64,000 nt of DNA from the human T2T-CHM13v2.0 reference genome, Homo sapiens, in the NCBI RefSeq assembly GCF_009914755.1, contig NC_060926.1; one strand, given 5' to 3'. Below the pieces are notes generated by a model. The model was not told the DNA's origin. It ran no database searches and was given only the letters and a program-made list of their open reading frames with translations. Numbering within the stretch: position 1 is the stretch's first letter; each line of letters begins with the position of its first letter. Shown one piece after another: positions 13,821 to 29,252 of the stretch. The position numbers were made by a program, and so were the translations under genes.

Positions 13821-15127
13821 GTATCCATTACCCCAGGGGGAGAAGGGAGGAACTGGCTAAGCCCTCTGCAGATTAGCCCAACAGGAACCCCATCTCTTTC
13901 TCTTCTCTGTTCTAAGAACAGCAACCTCACCTTCAGGAGCATTTCCTGTGTTTTCCAGCCTGCTGACAGGTGGAGAGTGGCAGCTGCTAGTTGCCCTCCC
14001 CACACACCAACATGCACACCCATCTCTGTCTCCCCAATACTGGCCTACCCCAAGACTAAGGGAGCTGGCAGGGCCTTAAGTAAGCTAAATCACCACTTAA
14101 CAGCCCTCATGTCCCCAGCCACACCAGCCTGCCCTGGATTCAAGTTCCACATGACCAGAATCATCCCTTAAGGACTACCAGATGGCTGCCGAGGAGGGGA
14201 AGAAGGAAACAGGTATCCCTCCACTGCCCTGGTCCTCCTTGCCAGCCCCTCTTTGTGGGCATTCTCCCCAACCCACTTCCCTGGGCCCTTAGCCTCCCGG
14301 GACCCTGTCCCTTCTTCCTGAACAGGAGCTCCTTTGGAGACCTCATCCTCCCTCATGGCTTCACCTGGGACCACTGTATGCACGTTCACCCCTAAAACCT
14401 CTCAGGTCCCCCACTGGCTGAATAAATGAATGCATGTGAGCAGTACCAGCAATGATATTAACACATAATCAATCCTATTTGAGATCCCATCATGTGCCAG
14501 ATGCCAGGATAGGTACTCCTGGAAATCCAATTTTGAAAATTAGATCCTTGTCCGGAAGGCTCTAGAAGAAAGAGAGAGCTCTTGCACAAACCATAGGTTC
14601 CTTGGGGTCATGCACAGGATGAACCCAGGCTGGAGCAATGGAGGAAGATGTGGCAATTGTGCTGGATCTCACAGATTCTGATAGAGAGAACTGGGGGTAG
14701 TGTGGGTAGGGAAAGGATCTCTGGCAGAGGAAACTGCACGAACAAAGACAGAGGCTAGGAAGTAAAAGGTGGGAGAAGAAAGGGTAGAAAGAAAAGGTTT
14801 GGGAGGTGGAGGGGTCTGTGCTATTTCCTGGTCCTGGTTAATAGTGTGGCCTTTCACAGTTTCTTCGTTAGTAAATGAGAAGGAACACTTCCCTTGCGGG
14901 CTGGTTTTGAGAATTAACAGAGAGCCCATATAAACCTGGCTACCACCTGATGATCCACCAATAAATGCTCTTTTTCTCCCCGGGGAAGTGAGAACACTTG
15001 TTCTCAGCCTTCACTGGGCATCGGAATCTCCTAGAGAGCTTCTAAAAAGACGGATTCCTGACCTTCCTTTCCCCAAGGGCAGGTGTCAGGGTTAGAGGCA
15101 GAATTAGGGAGCCTGGGAACAACCAGC

Positions 15128-15128
<1 letters not shown>

Positions 15129-15161
<33 letters not shown>

Positions 15162-15806
15162 ACACACACCACACATACCACACACACTACACACACACAA
15201 AACACACGTACCACACACACCACACATACCACAATGCACACCCCACACATACACAACTCACACATCAGACATGCACCACACATACCCCACACACATACAC
15301 AATACACACACCACACATACCATACACACCACACGTACCACACTGTACACACACAACACACGTACCACACACACCACAACACAACGCAAACCCCACACGT
15401 ACACAACACACACATCAGACATGCAGCACACATACCCCACACACATACACACAACACACACACCAAACATGCACCACACACATGCACAGTACCCACACAT
15501 GCACACACCAGCCATGTTCCACACACATCCACACTACACCACACACACCCCACATACCACACACACCCCTCACACACAGGTACCAAACAACACACATACC
15601 AGACATGCACCACACACACACCATACACATGCACACTACACACACACACATACACCCCACACATATTCCACACTAGATACACACCACACAAACCCTACAC
15701 ACAAACATCACACACAACACACCCCTCACACACACCACACACCAGACACACACAAACACAAACATTACATACTCCACACACATTACACCACACACACGTA
15801 CACACT
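15129..15806. repeat. Degenerate (CA)n/CACAC low-complexity tract, ~680 bp
   Basis: Pure (AC)n at 15129-15160, then variant units; this tract is the source of the His/Thr and Cys/Val ORFs. Confidence 0.97.
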
Positions 15807-16778
15807 CCCCAGGTAGGGCCCTCTCCAGCACCCTAAGGACAGTGCGTTGAACCCCAGGCCAGTCAGCCCAGCGGGAAGAGCTGAGAAGGGACCAGAGGCC
15901 AGTGAGGGAGGAAAGACCCACAGTCCTGCAGGGCGCAGAGAACCCCTAAGGGCTGGCTCCTCCAGACCTGCAGGAGAACAGGAAGGAGAGAGGCAGGAGA
16001 CGTGAGCCTGCAACAGAGCTGACTCAGGCAGGGGCGGGATCCTCCCGGTCAAGGGGAGGAGAGGAGGGCTCCTCAGAAGGGGGAAGTAGCGTCAGTAAAG
16101 GAGAGGCGGGGACGGGATGGAGGCTCTTCTGAAGCAAGCAGCAGATCCATGCTGGAAGGGTAGGGTCTGAGTGCCAAGACCTCCGCGTGAAGACAATGAC
16201 CTTGAAAAAGAACAACATGAAACCACGGAGGGTTTGAATATAGGACACTGGAAAGAATAGTCCCACAGAAGGGCGAAGAGTGAACCAGAGGGAGAAGGGC
16301 CTGGAAGGGGGCGGTGGCCATGGAAATGGAGAAGGACAAATCCCAGCGAGTCTTTAGTGGAGGAAGCCAAAAGCCTGGTGGAGAAGGAAAATGAGCAGTC
16401 TCACATCAGCGCTTCTGTAAACTAGAAAGTGCTCTGTGAAGGGCGGTCAGTATTGACATACTGAATACAGGGCATGAAGACAGGTGGGGATGAGAGAAGT
16501 CCAGGATGTATCCAGGATTTCCCGCCTGAAGGGAGACTGGCAGGAGCCTCTGGGGTGAGGGGGAACAGGGAGACAAGGTGCAGTGAAGGGGGGCCTTCTG
16601 AGGAGAAAGAGGGCAGCTGGAGATGGGCGGCCTTCGGGCAGACACAACTGCTGGATCCTCTGCCAGGGGATGGGCATTTGCATCCTGGAACTCTCTCGCT
16701 ACAGCTGAGACCTCTGCCAGGAGAGGGGGCTGCTGACCACAGATCGGGAGGCAGTGGGGGCCAGAGGAATGGAGGGGA

Positions 16779-17151
16779 TATTAGGGGCTGATGTGTGCCC
16801 CCCACATTCACATGTTGAAGCCCCATCCCCAGTACCTCAGAATGTGACCATTTGGAGTTAGGGCCTTTAAAGAGGTGATTCAGTTCACATGAGGGCCCTA
16901 GTCCAATAGGACTAGTGTCCTTAGTAGAAGAGAGGCCAGGGATGCTCGCTTACAGAAAAAAAAAATGCCATGTGCCGGCAGGAAGAGAAGGCGGCCATCT
17001 ACAAGCCAAACAAAGAGGTCCCAAGAGAAACCAGTCCCGTTGACACCTTGATCTGGGACTTTCAGCCTCCAGAACTGTGAGAAATGCATTTCTGTTGATT
17101 AAATCACTCAGTCTGTGGTTGTTGTTATGACAGCCCAAACAGACTACTACA
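16779..17151 (+). mobile_element. MaLR LTR (MLT1A/B-like)
   Basis: cagtacctcagaatgtgac...cagcctccagaactgtgag...gcagccc. Confidence 0.8.
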
Positions 17152-17815
17152 GGGGAAGGGGAAGGACACCTGGGGCCCACCAGGATGGACGACCAGTTGG
17201 GAGGCCAGTGGGTGGACAGCATTGCTGAGGGCTGGGGGCTGGGCCTCCTGAGTTCTTTACAGAAAGGTCTGAAAGGGCAGAGGGCAGTTTGGCCAAAAAA
17301 AAAAAAGAGAGAGAAATAAACCTAGGGAGGAGGAAACAGCTCAGAGAAAAGGTGCTTTCTCCTGCCCCTGAGAAGGGTGAGACATGCACTCCCTGCACCC
17401 CTAACCCCTCTGGCCTGTTTACCACTGTCATGGCCCGATTTTGCCTCCCGAAAACTTCCAAAACACCTAGGGCAAAGGACACTGGGCATTAAGCCTAATT
17501 ACTCCTCCTTTCCCCTACCCCTCAACCCCTGGGCAACCTTCCCTTCACCTTCCCCCGCTTGCCAAACACCACTGAGGAAAACGCCAGTGTGGCCCCTGCA
17601 GCCCAAAGTGTCCATCCTGCCAACCACGTCTGACACAGCCCCAGCCACACAGAGCCAGCTGAGCTGGTGCCAAATGTCCATGTAAGGTCAAGTGTGGGGG
17701 AAATGACGAGGCAGGGGTTCTCTGGAGCTCCTCAAGATAGCAGCCCACCCTGGTGCCCAGGCAGCCCCATGAGGGTCTCAGCTCCCCAGCCAAGATAGAA
17801 GCACAGGACGGTTAC

Positions 17816-17906
17816 TTGTGGATGGGTCGTCCAGCAGGGGCGTGTTCTACCTCATAGCCTTCACGCCGCAAAACATCCAGCACTGTGTTGTTGCCCATGA
17901 AATGAC
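17816..17906 (-). CDS. TRABD2A: TRABD2A coding exon 5 (G|[30 protein letters not shown])
   Basis: Not in the ORF track; found by hand. ctgcAG|GTCATT acceptor and CAA|GTAACC donor; 91 bp, phase 1-2. Completes the GAGH motif. Confidence 0.95.
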
Positions 17907-18157
17907 CTGCAGTGAGAAAAACAACCTGAAATGCTGCAGCTCTCAGGACCACCAAACATACTCCCCAAACACACACCCTAGAACCAAGAAATTACCCTGC
18001 CAAGCCCCCTGCCTATCTGTCCAGCACAGTACAGTTCTAGAGAGCTTCTGGAATCAGGCCTGCCAACAGTCCTGCAAGGCAGGCAGGGCAGCATCAGTAG
18101 CATTTCAGAGACAATGACACTGAAGATCAGAACAATGCAGCAAGTTACCTGAAGTCA

Positions 18158-18573
<416 letters not shown>

Positions 18574-21044
18574 AGGAGGGGGGGGAATTCCCAACTACAG
18601 GATGGAATGCAATTGTGCTCTCTGAAAAAACAGGGAGGCTGGTGGGACGGAAGGAATGGCTACTTCCCAATCACCACTTTCTAGAAAAAGTAAAGGCAAC
18701 CTAATCTAAGATCTGTCATTCTTGGAGGTTTCTGCATAGGACAAACCCACTGTAGTCTCAGGAGTCACAACCAGGGAACCCTGGGAGCCTGCGGCAGTAC
18801 AGCAAATAGGCCCCGAGAAGGAAGCAGAAGGCCCATGGTTCCTGCTTTCATTTTCACCCTCATGCATCAAAGGGGGTGTTCATGGGTCAGCAGGGGCTCA
18901 GAAAGGGAAGTTTGGCAAAACCATTCCCTCCCATCCTCCCCTCTCCTCCCCACAGCCTAGACCAGCCTAGACAGCTGCCAGTGCAGGGGCGATAGCTGTA
19001 ACCTAGAAATGTGGGGTAGGAGAGGAGGCCACTGGAGAAGTAACCCTGGCAAACAGGAGCCAAAAATCAGCATGAGCTGATTTAAGATCGACACCTAAAT
19101 AAGAAAAAAAGTCATGTCTTTCACCACTGATCCTAGGTTATTCATTTGCAAATAAGGAACTGGCAATTTAGAACAAGTGATTATAGTTTCCACTTAGCAC
19201 TTCTGACTTCAATTTTTCTTCTACTGCAAAGGTGATTTCCATTTCTAATCTTCGCATTTTATATCCAGATCCCCATGACAAAAGTCGCTGCTTGATTTTA
19301 AAACTCCAGTACTTTCCATTTTCAGTTATCCTCATTTTGCAATTAAAAGTTTGCTAACCACACAGCTTTTAAGTTTTAAAAGCACACGGTAATGTGTTTC
19401 GGAGCAATTTCTGTAGTTTCCTCTGTTCAACTTAGCCTTCAGAAGGCACAGAGAGAAAGCAGCTACAGGAATATAACTTTGCCTTAGAAGGAGCCAGTGC
19501 TAGATGGGGGCTCACAGCCCCTGGGCACTTCGGGCATCAGGAGTGCCCAGGGGCTGTCAGCCCCAATCTAGCCCTGCATCAGTATGACAAATCAAGCCCT
19601 GAGTACTGGGCAAGCTCAGGTGTTGGTGTTGCCTGTTCCACCTGCCTGGCAGAACCCCCACCACGAGGGCCCACCCACCGAACTGCTCAGACCAAGCTGT
19701 GCCCCAGCCTCCCACCAGCCCAGAACCCAGTCGACCTTTCCCCTCTCCCCAGCGCCCCATTACCCCTGCCACGGGACATACGGGAAGTTTTTGGGAGCTC
19801 ACCTAAGTCTGGCAGGGGTGGAAAGCAGAAGCCCACACTCCAGCACCTGGGCACCTTCCATCCACACAGACCCGGGGTGGTGCATTGGGACACCACCACT
19901 GGCTCTGTTTCCTAACTTTCTCATCTGGGGTCTGCACCACTGTTACGGTGCCTCAAGAGTGAGGCCCAGGCTAACAGCTTTGTTCCAAGAAGCCATTTGT
20001 TGAGACAGTACAAATGTGCACACGGTGCCCAATCCAGACATGAAACACAGGACTTACAGAAGAAGAAAACTACCACATACTCACGGGCATTGCTGAGGGC
20101 ACAAACTGCAGTTTGTTTGTGGCAGAACTTTTCAATGAGCATAATGTGGGAGCCAAACCCCTTATATTTCTATAACAGTTTTATTAATATTTGAATATAA
20201 TTCACATAACATAAAATTCATCCTTTTAACGTATGCCAGTCGGTGATTTTTTCTGTATATTCAGAAAATCATGCAATCATGACCACTATCTAATTTTAAA
20301 ACATTTTCATCGTTTTGACCCCAGCCCCTGGCAACCACTAATCTATGAATACTTTCTGTCTCTATAGATTTGCCTGTTCTGGACATTTCATATAAATATA
20401 ATCATATGATTTTGTGACTGGCTGTTTTCACTTAGCATAATGTTTTCAAAGTTCATCCATGTAGTACCATATATCAGTACCTCTTTCCTTTTTATGGCCA
20501 AATAGTATTCCATTTGTGTGTATATATCACCTTTTATTTATCCATGTCAGTTGATGGATAGTTGGATTGGTTCCACTTTTTGGCTATTATAAATAATGCT
20601 GCCATGAACATCTGTGTACAAATTTTCGTGTGGACATATGTTTTCAATTCTCCTAGGCATATATCTGGAAGTTGAAATGCTGAATCAAATGGTAGCCCCA
20701 TGTTTAATTTTTAAAAACTGCTAAACAGTTTTCCAAAATGGCTACACCATTTTAAATTCCCAGTAGCAATGTATGAGGGTGCCAATTTCTCCATGTCTTC
20801 ACCAAAACTTTTTACTCTCCATCTTTTTTATTATAGCCTAGTGAGTATGAAATGGTATCTTCACTTTAGCACCACAACAATAGGACTCCAGTAAAATAAC
20901 AGTGGATTATATGTGAAAGTGCAGCAAGACTCAGACTCTATTTAAGAAGGTTCTTAAGAAAGCACAAGACAAAAAATACTAGAGGAAAAACTAGAGGTCA
21001 CTAGAGGAAACTGAAGCCTCTGGGACCTAGAGTTACAGCAAACA

Positions 21045-21724
<680 letters not shown>

Positions 21725-22695
21725 AAACATTAAACAGCCCAACTCTGAGAAAGATTAACATAAACCCTCACACTAAAAACATATTTCCCTCACTTCCCAT
21801 TGCCAAATACATCATATCCAGCTTTCAATTAAAAATTACAAGTCACACTGGGAGGCAAGAAAAATCACAATCTGAAGAAACAATGAAAGCATCAGACCCA
21901 GACTCAGACATGATAGAGATTCTGGAATTATCAGATAGGGAATATAGTTGAACTGAAGAGCATCATCAATCAAATTGATCTAATTGACATTTAAAGAATA
22001 CTTCATCCAACAACAGCAGAATACAAATTCTATTCAGCTCACATGCAACAGATTTCTCCTTCGTTTTTGATTTTTGCTGGATGTGGAAATGTTTGTTGAC
22101 AGTCTTTTATTTCAGCATTTTGAGTATGTCTCCCATAGCCTTCTGGCTTGCATGGCTTCTGATGAGAAATCTGCTGTTAATCCTATTGGGGATCCCTTGT
22201 CTGCTTTGCTCTCACTGCTTTCAAGATTCTGTGTCTTTGGCTTTTGACAGTTTGGCTATGACACGCCTTGGTGTGAAACTTTTTGATTTTATACAACTTA
22301 TAGTTCATGGGTTGAATGTGCAGAGTAATATTTTTCATCAAATTTGAGACATTTTCAAGCAATTTTAAATTCAAATATTCTTTTTATTTCTTTCTTTTTT
22401 TCTCTCCTGTCTTCTGGGACTCCCGTTAGGTATACATTGGCACACTTGAGGGTGTCTCACAGGTATCTGAAGATCTATTCATTTTTCTTCATTCCTTTTC
22501 CTTTCTCTTTCTCATACTGAATCATCTCAATCAACCTATCTTCATGTATGTTGATTCTTCTTCTGCCAGTTCAAATCTACTGTTCAGCCCCCGTAGTGAA
22601 TTTTTCATTTCAGTTCCTACACTTTAAATTCCAGAATTCCTATTTGGTTCTTTTAAAATAATTTTTATATTTTTATTGATATTCTGTATTGGTGA

Positions 22696-23067
<372 letters not shown>

Positions 23068-24909
23068 TGAACATATTTATAATAACTAGTGTTAAAGTCA
23101 TTTTCTAGTAAGTCCAAGATATTAACTTCCTCAAGGACAGCTTCTATTGGTTGCTTGTTTTTCCCTGGGTATGGGCCATACTTTCTAGTTTTGCTCTGTG
23201 TCTTATAATTGTTTTTATTGAAAACTAGACATTTAAATAATATACCAACTCTGGAACTCATCTCCTCTCCCTTAGTCCCAGGTGCATTGTTGTTGCTGTT
23301 TGTGTAGTGATTTTCTAGGACTAAGTCTGTAAAGTCTGTATTCTTTGTTGTGTGTGATCACTGAAGGATCTGCTCAGTTAGTTTAGTGGCTGGCTAATGA
23401 CTGAACAGAGATTTCCTTAAATTCCTTGCAAGTTTCCCAACCTTTGCAGAGGGGCTGTGTGAGTTTGGGGGCATGTATTTGATGCTTCAACAGGCAATTT
23501 ATGACTTTGCCTTAGCTTTCACACTCTGCTTACACAGAGCCTCAAGATCAGCCAGAGGTGAGAGATTAGGACCTTCTCAGGTCTTTCCTGGGCATGTGCA
23601 CAGCTCTTCTCATGCATGTGACTCTCTAGGAATATTTTAGAGCTTTTCTATACCCCCTATGGGATTTTGCTTTTAAGTTTTTTGGGCAGCCCCTTGTAAG
23701 CTTCAATTAATATTGCTATTTCCAGCAACTATGATGTTAAACAGCTGCTACTGATTGTTTTCAACACACACCCTAAGAATAGGGCTATTCACACAGAGCA
23801 AGCTCTGAGTCAGGTCAAATGAAGACAAGCTTGGGAATGGAAATTTCAGGGAACTATTGGACATGTCAAATAGTGATGATTCTTTAAGGATGGAGCTTTG
23901 GAGGAACTTTGAACCCATTCTGTCCCCTCCAGTAACCATTAGGCAAACAGTTTTCACAGCTACTGTAGTTCAAGGCTCCTGATTTTCAAGGCTACTGTGA
24001 AGCTGGGAAAAGGGAGATAAAAACAGAACAAGTTAAAATGCCACAAAGCCCACTGCTTCTATCAAAATTCATCCAGTTTTCTTAAATAAACACTTCTAGG
24101 ATTGTTGCAAGCCTTTAATTAATTTCCAGAGCTGTGGAAAAGTTGATTTTGACCATTTTTTCCAGTGTTCTTATTGCTGCTATGGAAGAACAGGTTTTTG
24201 GAGGCCCTCACTCCACCATTTCAGAATTGCTTCTCTCCAACCCCCTATCTTACTGGTAAAGAAACTGAGTGACATGACTTGTTTAAGTTTATGAAGTTAG
24301 CAGAAAAATATGAAACAAAGCCCAGCCCAGCAAATGATCTTTCTGCATACTGTCCAGCCTCTGGCATTTCTATCCTCATTTCCTGAGGCTGCAAAGAATT
24401 CTGTGTCAGAGTCACTCCGGGGGAGAGAATTTATTTCAAGAAGCCCACAAAAGAAAATAATTGTCCTATTCTGTCTCCATGTGTGCTGCTAACAGTCAAT
24501 AACAGCTGATGTATCAGCCCCAGGCCTTGGACTTGGGAGGCTCATTGTCAGGTAGAAGAGTAAAGACAAACATATTTGTAGTGAAAGTTTACAAAGTGAA
24601 AAGTACCAGAAAGAAGTTGGGATTAAGTATGAAATTCAGAGGACAAAAATGTTTTCCCAGCTGGCTTATGTGTGGAGAGAGCTATGGGTGATGTCACATG
24701 CACCAGCTCATCCAGCAACATTTCAACCATGCTGGATGCTCCATCCCCAGCTGGAGCCACTCTGCAACTGAAATAAGTCAAGGAAGGTGTCACTCCCTTC
24801 ATCTCGCTTCATGACTAACACAGGCCCTAAGCAGGGGCTCACCTCAACATTCCCTTCTTGGGAGAAGCCTCAGATTTCAGAGGCTAATCAGAGGTGACCC
24901 ACTACTCAC

Positions 24910-25084
24910 CAGCTCCAAAGGCAAAGAAGAAGCCTTTGTCAGGGAACTCCTCCAAAAGGGCCTTCACCCGCTTCCCTATTCTCTCATTCCGCTTGTAGAT
25001 CAGCTCCCGGCGTAAGTAGCTGTCAATCTCCTGAGCAGTGATGCGCTCCTGAGGTGGTAGCGTGGCATTAATAAAATTGGGAAC
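24910..25084 (-). CDS. TRABD2A: TRABD2A coding exon 4 ([12 protein letters not shown]...[10 protein letters not shown]...FFFAFGAG)
   Basis: T-tract plus gtggAG|GTTCCC acceptor and CTG|GTGAGT donor; 175 bp, phase 0-1. Carries the RN and FAFGAG(H) motifs. Confidence 0.96.
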
Positions 25085-27621
25085 CTCCACCAAAATAAAG
25101 AGAAAAAAAAATAAGGGGCAACAGAGTTATTAACAAAGTTACTTCATTGGAGCATCAAATCCCCCAACCTAGATGGTCAAGACGTTGTCAAGAGAAGAGT
25201 GACACCATTCTTGGAGTTTCCTGTCTGCTATGTTTCCCACTCTATCACATTCCCTGTAACCAAAGTGAAAAAAATATTAAGTGAAGTGCATTGAATGAAC
25301 TCTTACACTATTTACAACTGCACTTCTGTTTTAGTTAAATGGCTCTGTCTGATGCCGTGTGTTTATAAAAAAAAAAAAAGGACACTGTCTTTGCACAGTA
25401 CATCCATAGTTTTAACTTGTGTGATTCATACATGCTTTTCTTATAAAAATAGTCTTATATAGTTACATATTTTAGATTCTATTACCGAAAACATGAAATT
25501 TGTATAAACATTTAAATGTTTTATAAATCCTCTACTTTACATTTTCATTATTTCTCCACTTCCTATTTCTCTCTCTTGCTTTCCCCAATGTTCTTTGCCC
25601 TCCTGGCAAATATTTCACTGATTCTGGTATACATGTTAGCCAGTTTCAGTATTTTGGCTAATAACAGGATGAAAGTGCATCAAAATTGTGACAATCAGCG
25701 TGGTTCTTGCAGCCCAGGAGCTACAGGTAAGGCTGGCACTCTGTGTTTTCTCCCCACCCCCTCAGCTGTCTGGCTTCCCAAACCTCAGCCTCCCACTCCT
25801 CCCCCTGGGTGCATGCTCTCTCCTCCACCCAGGGACTTAACAATGTTACCCATTATCTTGGTCAGTATCTACCCTGCCTGCTGCTGCTGCTTCCAGTAGC
25901 CTCTCAAAAAGCTTTCCAAAGTCCTCAGACTCTGTGACAGCATTAACTTCCATCTTATGGATAACAGATCTCCTTTTGCGACGGCCTCGAAATGATATTC
26001 TTTCATTTTCAAATCGACAGCCTTCATCTTCTACTCTGTCATCTTTTTTTTTAATCATGTCATTTATGTAAGATCCCCTGCCCATTTCCCAAAATCTCTT
26101 CTCTTCAGCAGAGCCCCCCTCTCTACCAGCCTCTCTACAGAGGCAGCGTCAGATACACAGGGTGACCTCCCTCTGACATCCTGCTCCACCTTCTAAATTC
26201 CAAACATCACCCAAAGCCTGCACCACTCCCTGCTGGCCAGCCTGGCCCTCACTCACAGTGACAGCACATTCCCTGACCTCCTGTAGGGGCCCTGTGGGCA
26301 GAACAGATATGGGAAAGCCACAGGAGAAAAATGCATAAGACATCTGTATTATCTGCTCCATCAGCCTCACCATTTGCCCACGTAATGACCAAATCCTCCG
26401 CCCACATTAACTTTTTTCTGCTGCTTCAAATGTCAATTTCCCAATTGATCTTGACTTTTCTCCCCCCTTCCCTACCCTCAGCAAGAGTGCAGGTAAGATT
26501 TATCACCACCACCAACTCTATTTTTCCTTCTTTAATGTGTTTCTTGTTCTCCCTTTCCTCCTGCTTCACTTTGTCTCAATTTGACTTTTTTTTCCTCTAG
26601 ATTTTTGGGGATGCTCCTTACATCTTTTGAGGCTTCTGTCATTAATGAAATGTCACCTTTCTGGGCTGATGCTGCACTCAGCCTGTACTGTCCTTCTCCC
26701 CATTGCTGCTATTCCTCCTTCAGCTCTCATGTTCACACATGTCTCCTTATGGTTGGGTCCCCAGATTTAACATAGACCTGTACAGCATCACCCACACCCA
26801 CTAGCTCCTGTCTCCCCTCTCCAGTGTCTTCATGCATGTGGACACCAGTCCTGGGTGGGGGAAACAACACACTCCCCTACCTCAGAAGTTTAGCTGGTGT
26901 TTGCTATTTGCATGTAGTCCTAGAGAGGAGGCGAAGGCACCATGGCTTGTCCCATGGGAAGCCTGTTGATAAAAGCATAACAAAGATCCGTACCACTTCC
27001 CTCCTGGAAGGAGACCATGATCTTCTGAGGCTGAGCAGCTACTTCCTTCCACTCAATGGCCCACAGGTAAGGCCTGAGCTGGGCAAACACTCAATCCACC
27101 AGCTCAGCCACACTCATCCTGCAATACCACAGGATGCAATGATCCACGTCTGCAAATGCTAGCAGCCTTCCCAGCTCTGATGCCCTAAGCCTGTAAGCAT
27201 TCTGTGAATACACAGCTATATCATGTTCACATGTTCCTAGAGGCCACTGAAGCTGCAGTCAAAGTTCTGCCCCATCATTTTGCAAAAGTATGACCTAAGT
27301 CAGCCAGGAGGCCATCAGACTCAGAACCCTTCCCTTCCTCAAGGCTGGTTCATGTGGCCTACTGTTAAATCCTTTGAAGCTTCATCCTTTGGGTGGAATA
27401 CTGGAATTAACCCTCATCAATGCCCCTCTCTGTTCTTACAAGGTTTGTAAAGCTTTCATTCGCTGTAGTGCCTCATTCAATGACATCTAAATCTGCCCAC
27501 TTTATTTCTAGAGCCCTCATGACCTCAATCCTTTGTACACAGGATGTACATGTTGCCAGGTAATGTTTTTATTCCTATAATTAAATGTGTGCTGAGCTTG
27601 GCAGGGGGAAAGGGTGCTCAC

Positions 27622-27768
27622 CTGGGAGCTGTCATGGCTGAGGATGACGGAGCTGAGGTCCCCGCAGTTATAGTGTTTGATGAGATCCTCCGTCGTGTAG
27701 GGGATCTGAAGACTGCCTGCTCGCAGGCTTTCCTGCTGCAGGAGGGTCTGGTTCAAAGCAAAGATGAC
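27622..27768 (-). CDS. TRABD2A: TRABD2A coding exon 3 ([18 protein letters not shown]...[21 protein letters not shown])
   Basis: ttttAG|GTCATC acceptor and CAG|GTGAGC donor; 147 bp, phase 0-0. Confidence 0.96.
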
Positions 27769-28199
27769 CTAAAAGAAAGGTCTCTTTTAAGTTCACTAAC
27801 AAGGCAACTGTTTGCTGCCATCTTATTTCTTTTGTCCATGGCTGGAAATACCTTCACCTTTGTGCTCGTTATGTAAGGACGTGGATAGTGCTACTTAAAA
27901 AAGGGAACACAAATCCCTGGACAGCATCCAAAGAAAAGGAGAACAGTCCTTCCCAAATCAGCCCCAATCAGACACACCTAGGGAACTGCCTTATGGAGGA
28001 CACAGACAACCTGGAACTCTTCCATGAGTGTGACCAAGAGGTGAGGGAACCCAAGAGCTGGCTTGTGAGGAATAGAAGCTAGGAGGTGGGGCAGCGAGAG
28101 GGCTGGGGACTCACAGACACACCTACCAGTGGGTCCCAATTATGTAAAGGACTGGGCAGAAACCAGTGCATTATCCACATCTTTTCTAACCATCAATGC

Positions 28200-28680
<481 letters not shown>

Positions 28681-29252
28681 TTCAAGATCCTGATGCCAGG
28701 AACCCTATCTCTCCAGCTCTGACCCAGATCTCCAGTGTCCAGGAGAATTCATTTTACAAAGCAGGGAATTCTCCTGGGCACTGGAGAGCTGGGTCAGAGG
28801 TGGGGAGGTAGGGTTCCTGGTATCAGGTGGGTAGTGGGGCTGGCCACCCCCTACGAGGCTCCAGACAACACTTACAACCCGTGGAATTTTCTCTCTCACT
28901 TTCCCCAGGTACAGATGCAGCTCTATAGCCTCTGACAGCTCCCCTTTCTTGTGCTTCCCCAGTAATCAGCATACAGGATGCTGCCTTTGCTGGAATATCT
29001 CCTCACTCTTTGCTGCAATACAGACAGGCTTGGTCCATCTGTGTTGCAGCAAAGACTGACTATGAGGTCTTTAGCAAGATGTTTCAACTCTCCAGAGACA
29101 ACGCATTAGAGGTCTTAAGTCAGCAAATGACCCTACCCAGCCCCAACCCCTTTCTCCTTTCACATGTTCTCCTCATTCTGAGTGGTGAGGAGACAAGGCT
29201 TCCTGGTTTGCCTCCCATGGGCCAAGGTGGCACAGGCCCACTGCGTACCCCT

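Noticed and set aside
15042-15921. His/Thr-rich and Cys/Val-rich ORFs up to 200 aa
   Set aside because: They are translations of the (CA)n low-complexity tract, open in many frames only because stop codons are rare there.
16030-16450. GC-box cluster as an alternative promoter
   Set aside because: CpG density is too low for an island, the region may be decayed L2, and there is no other support.
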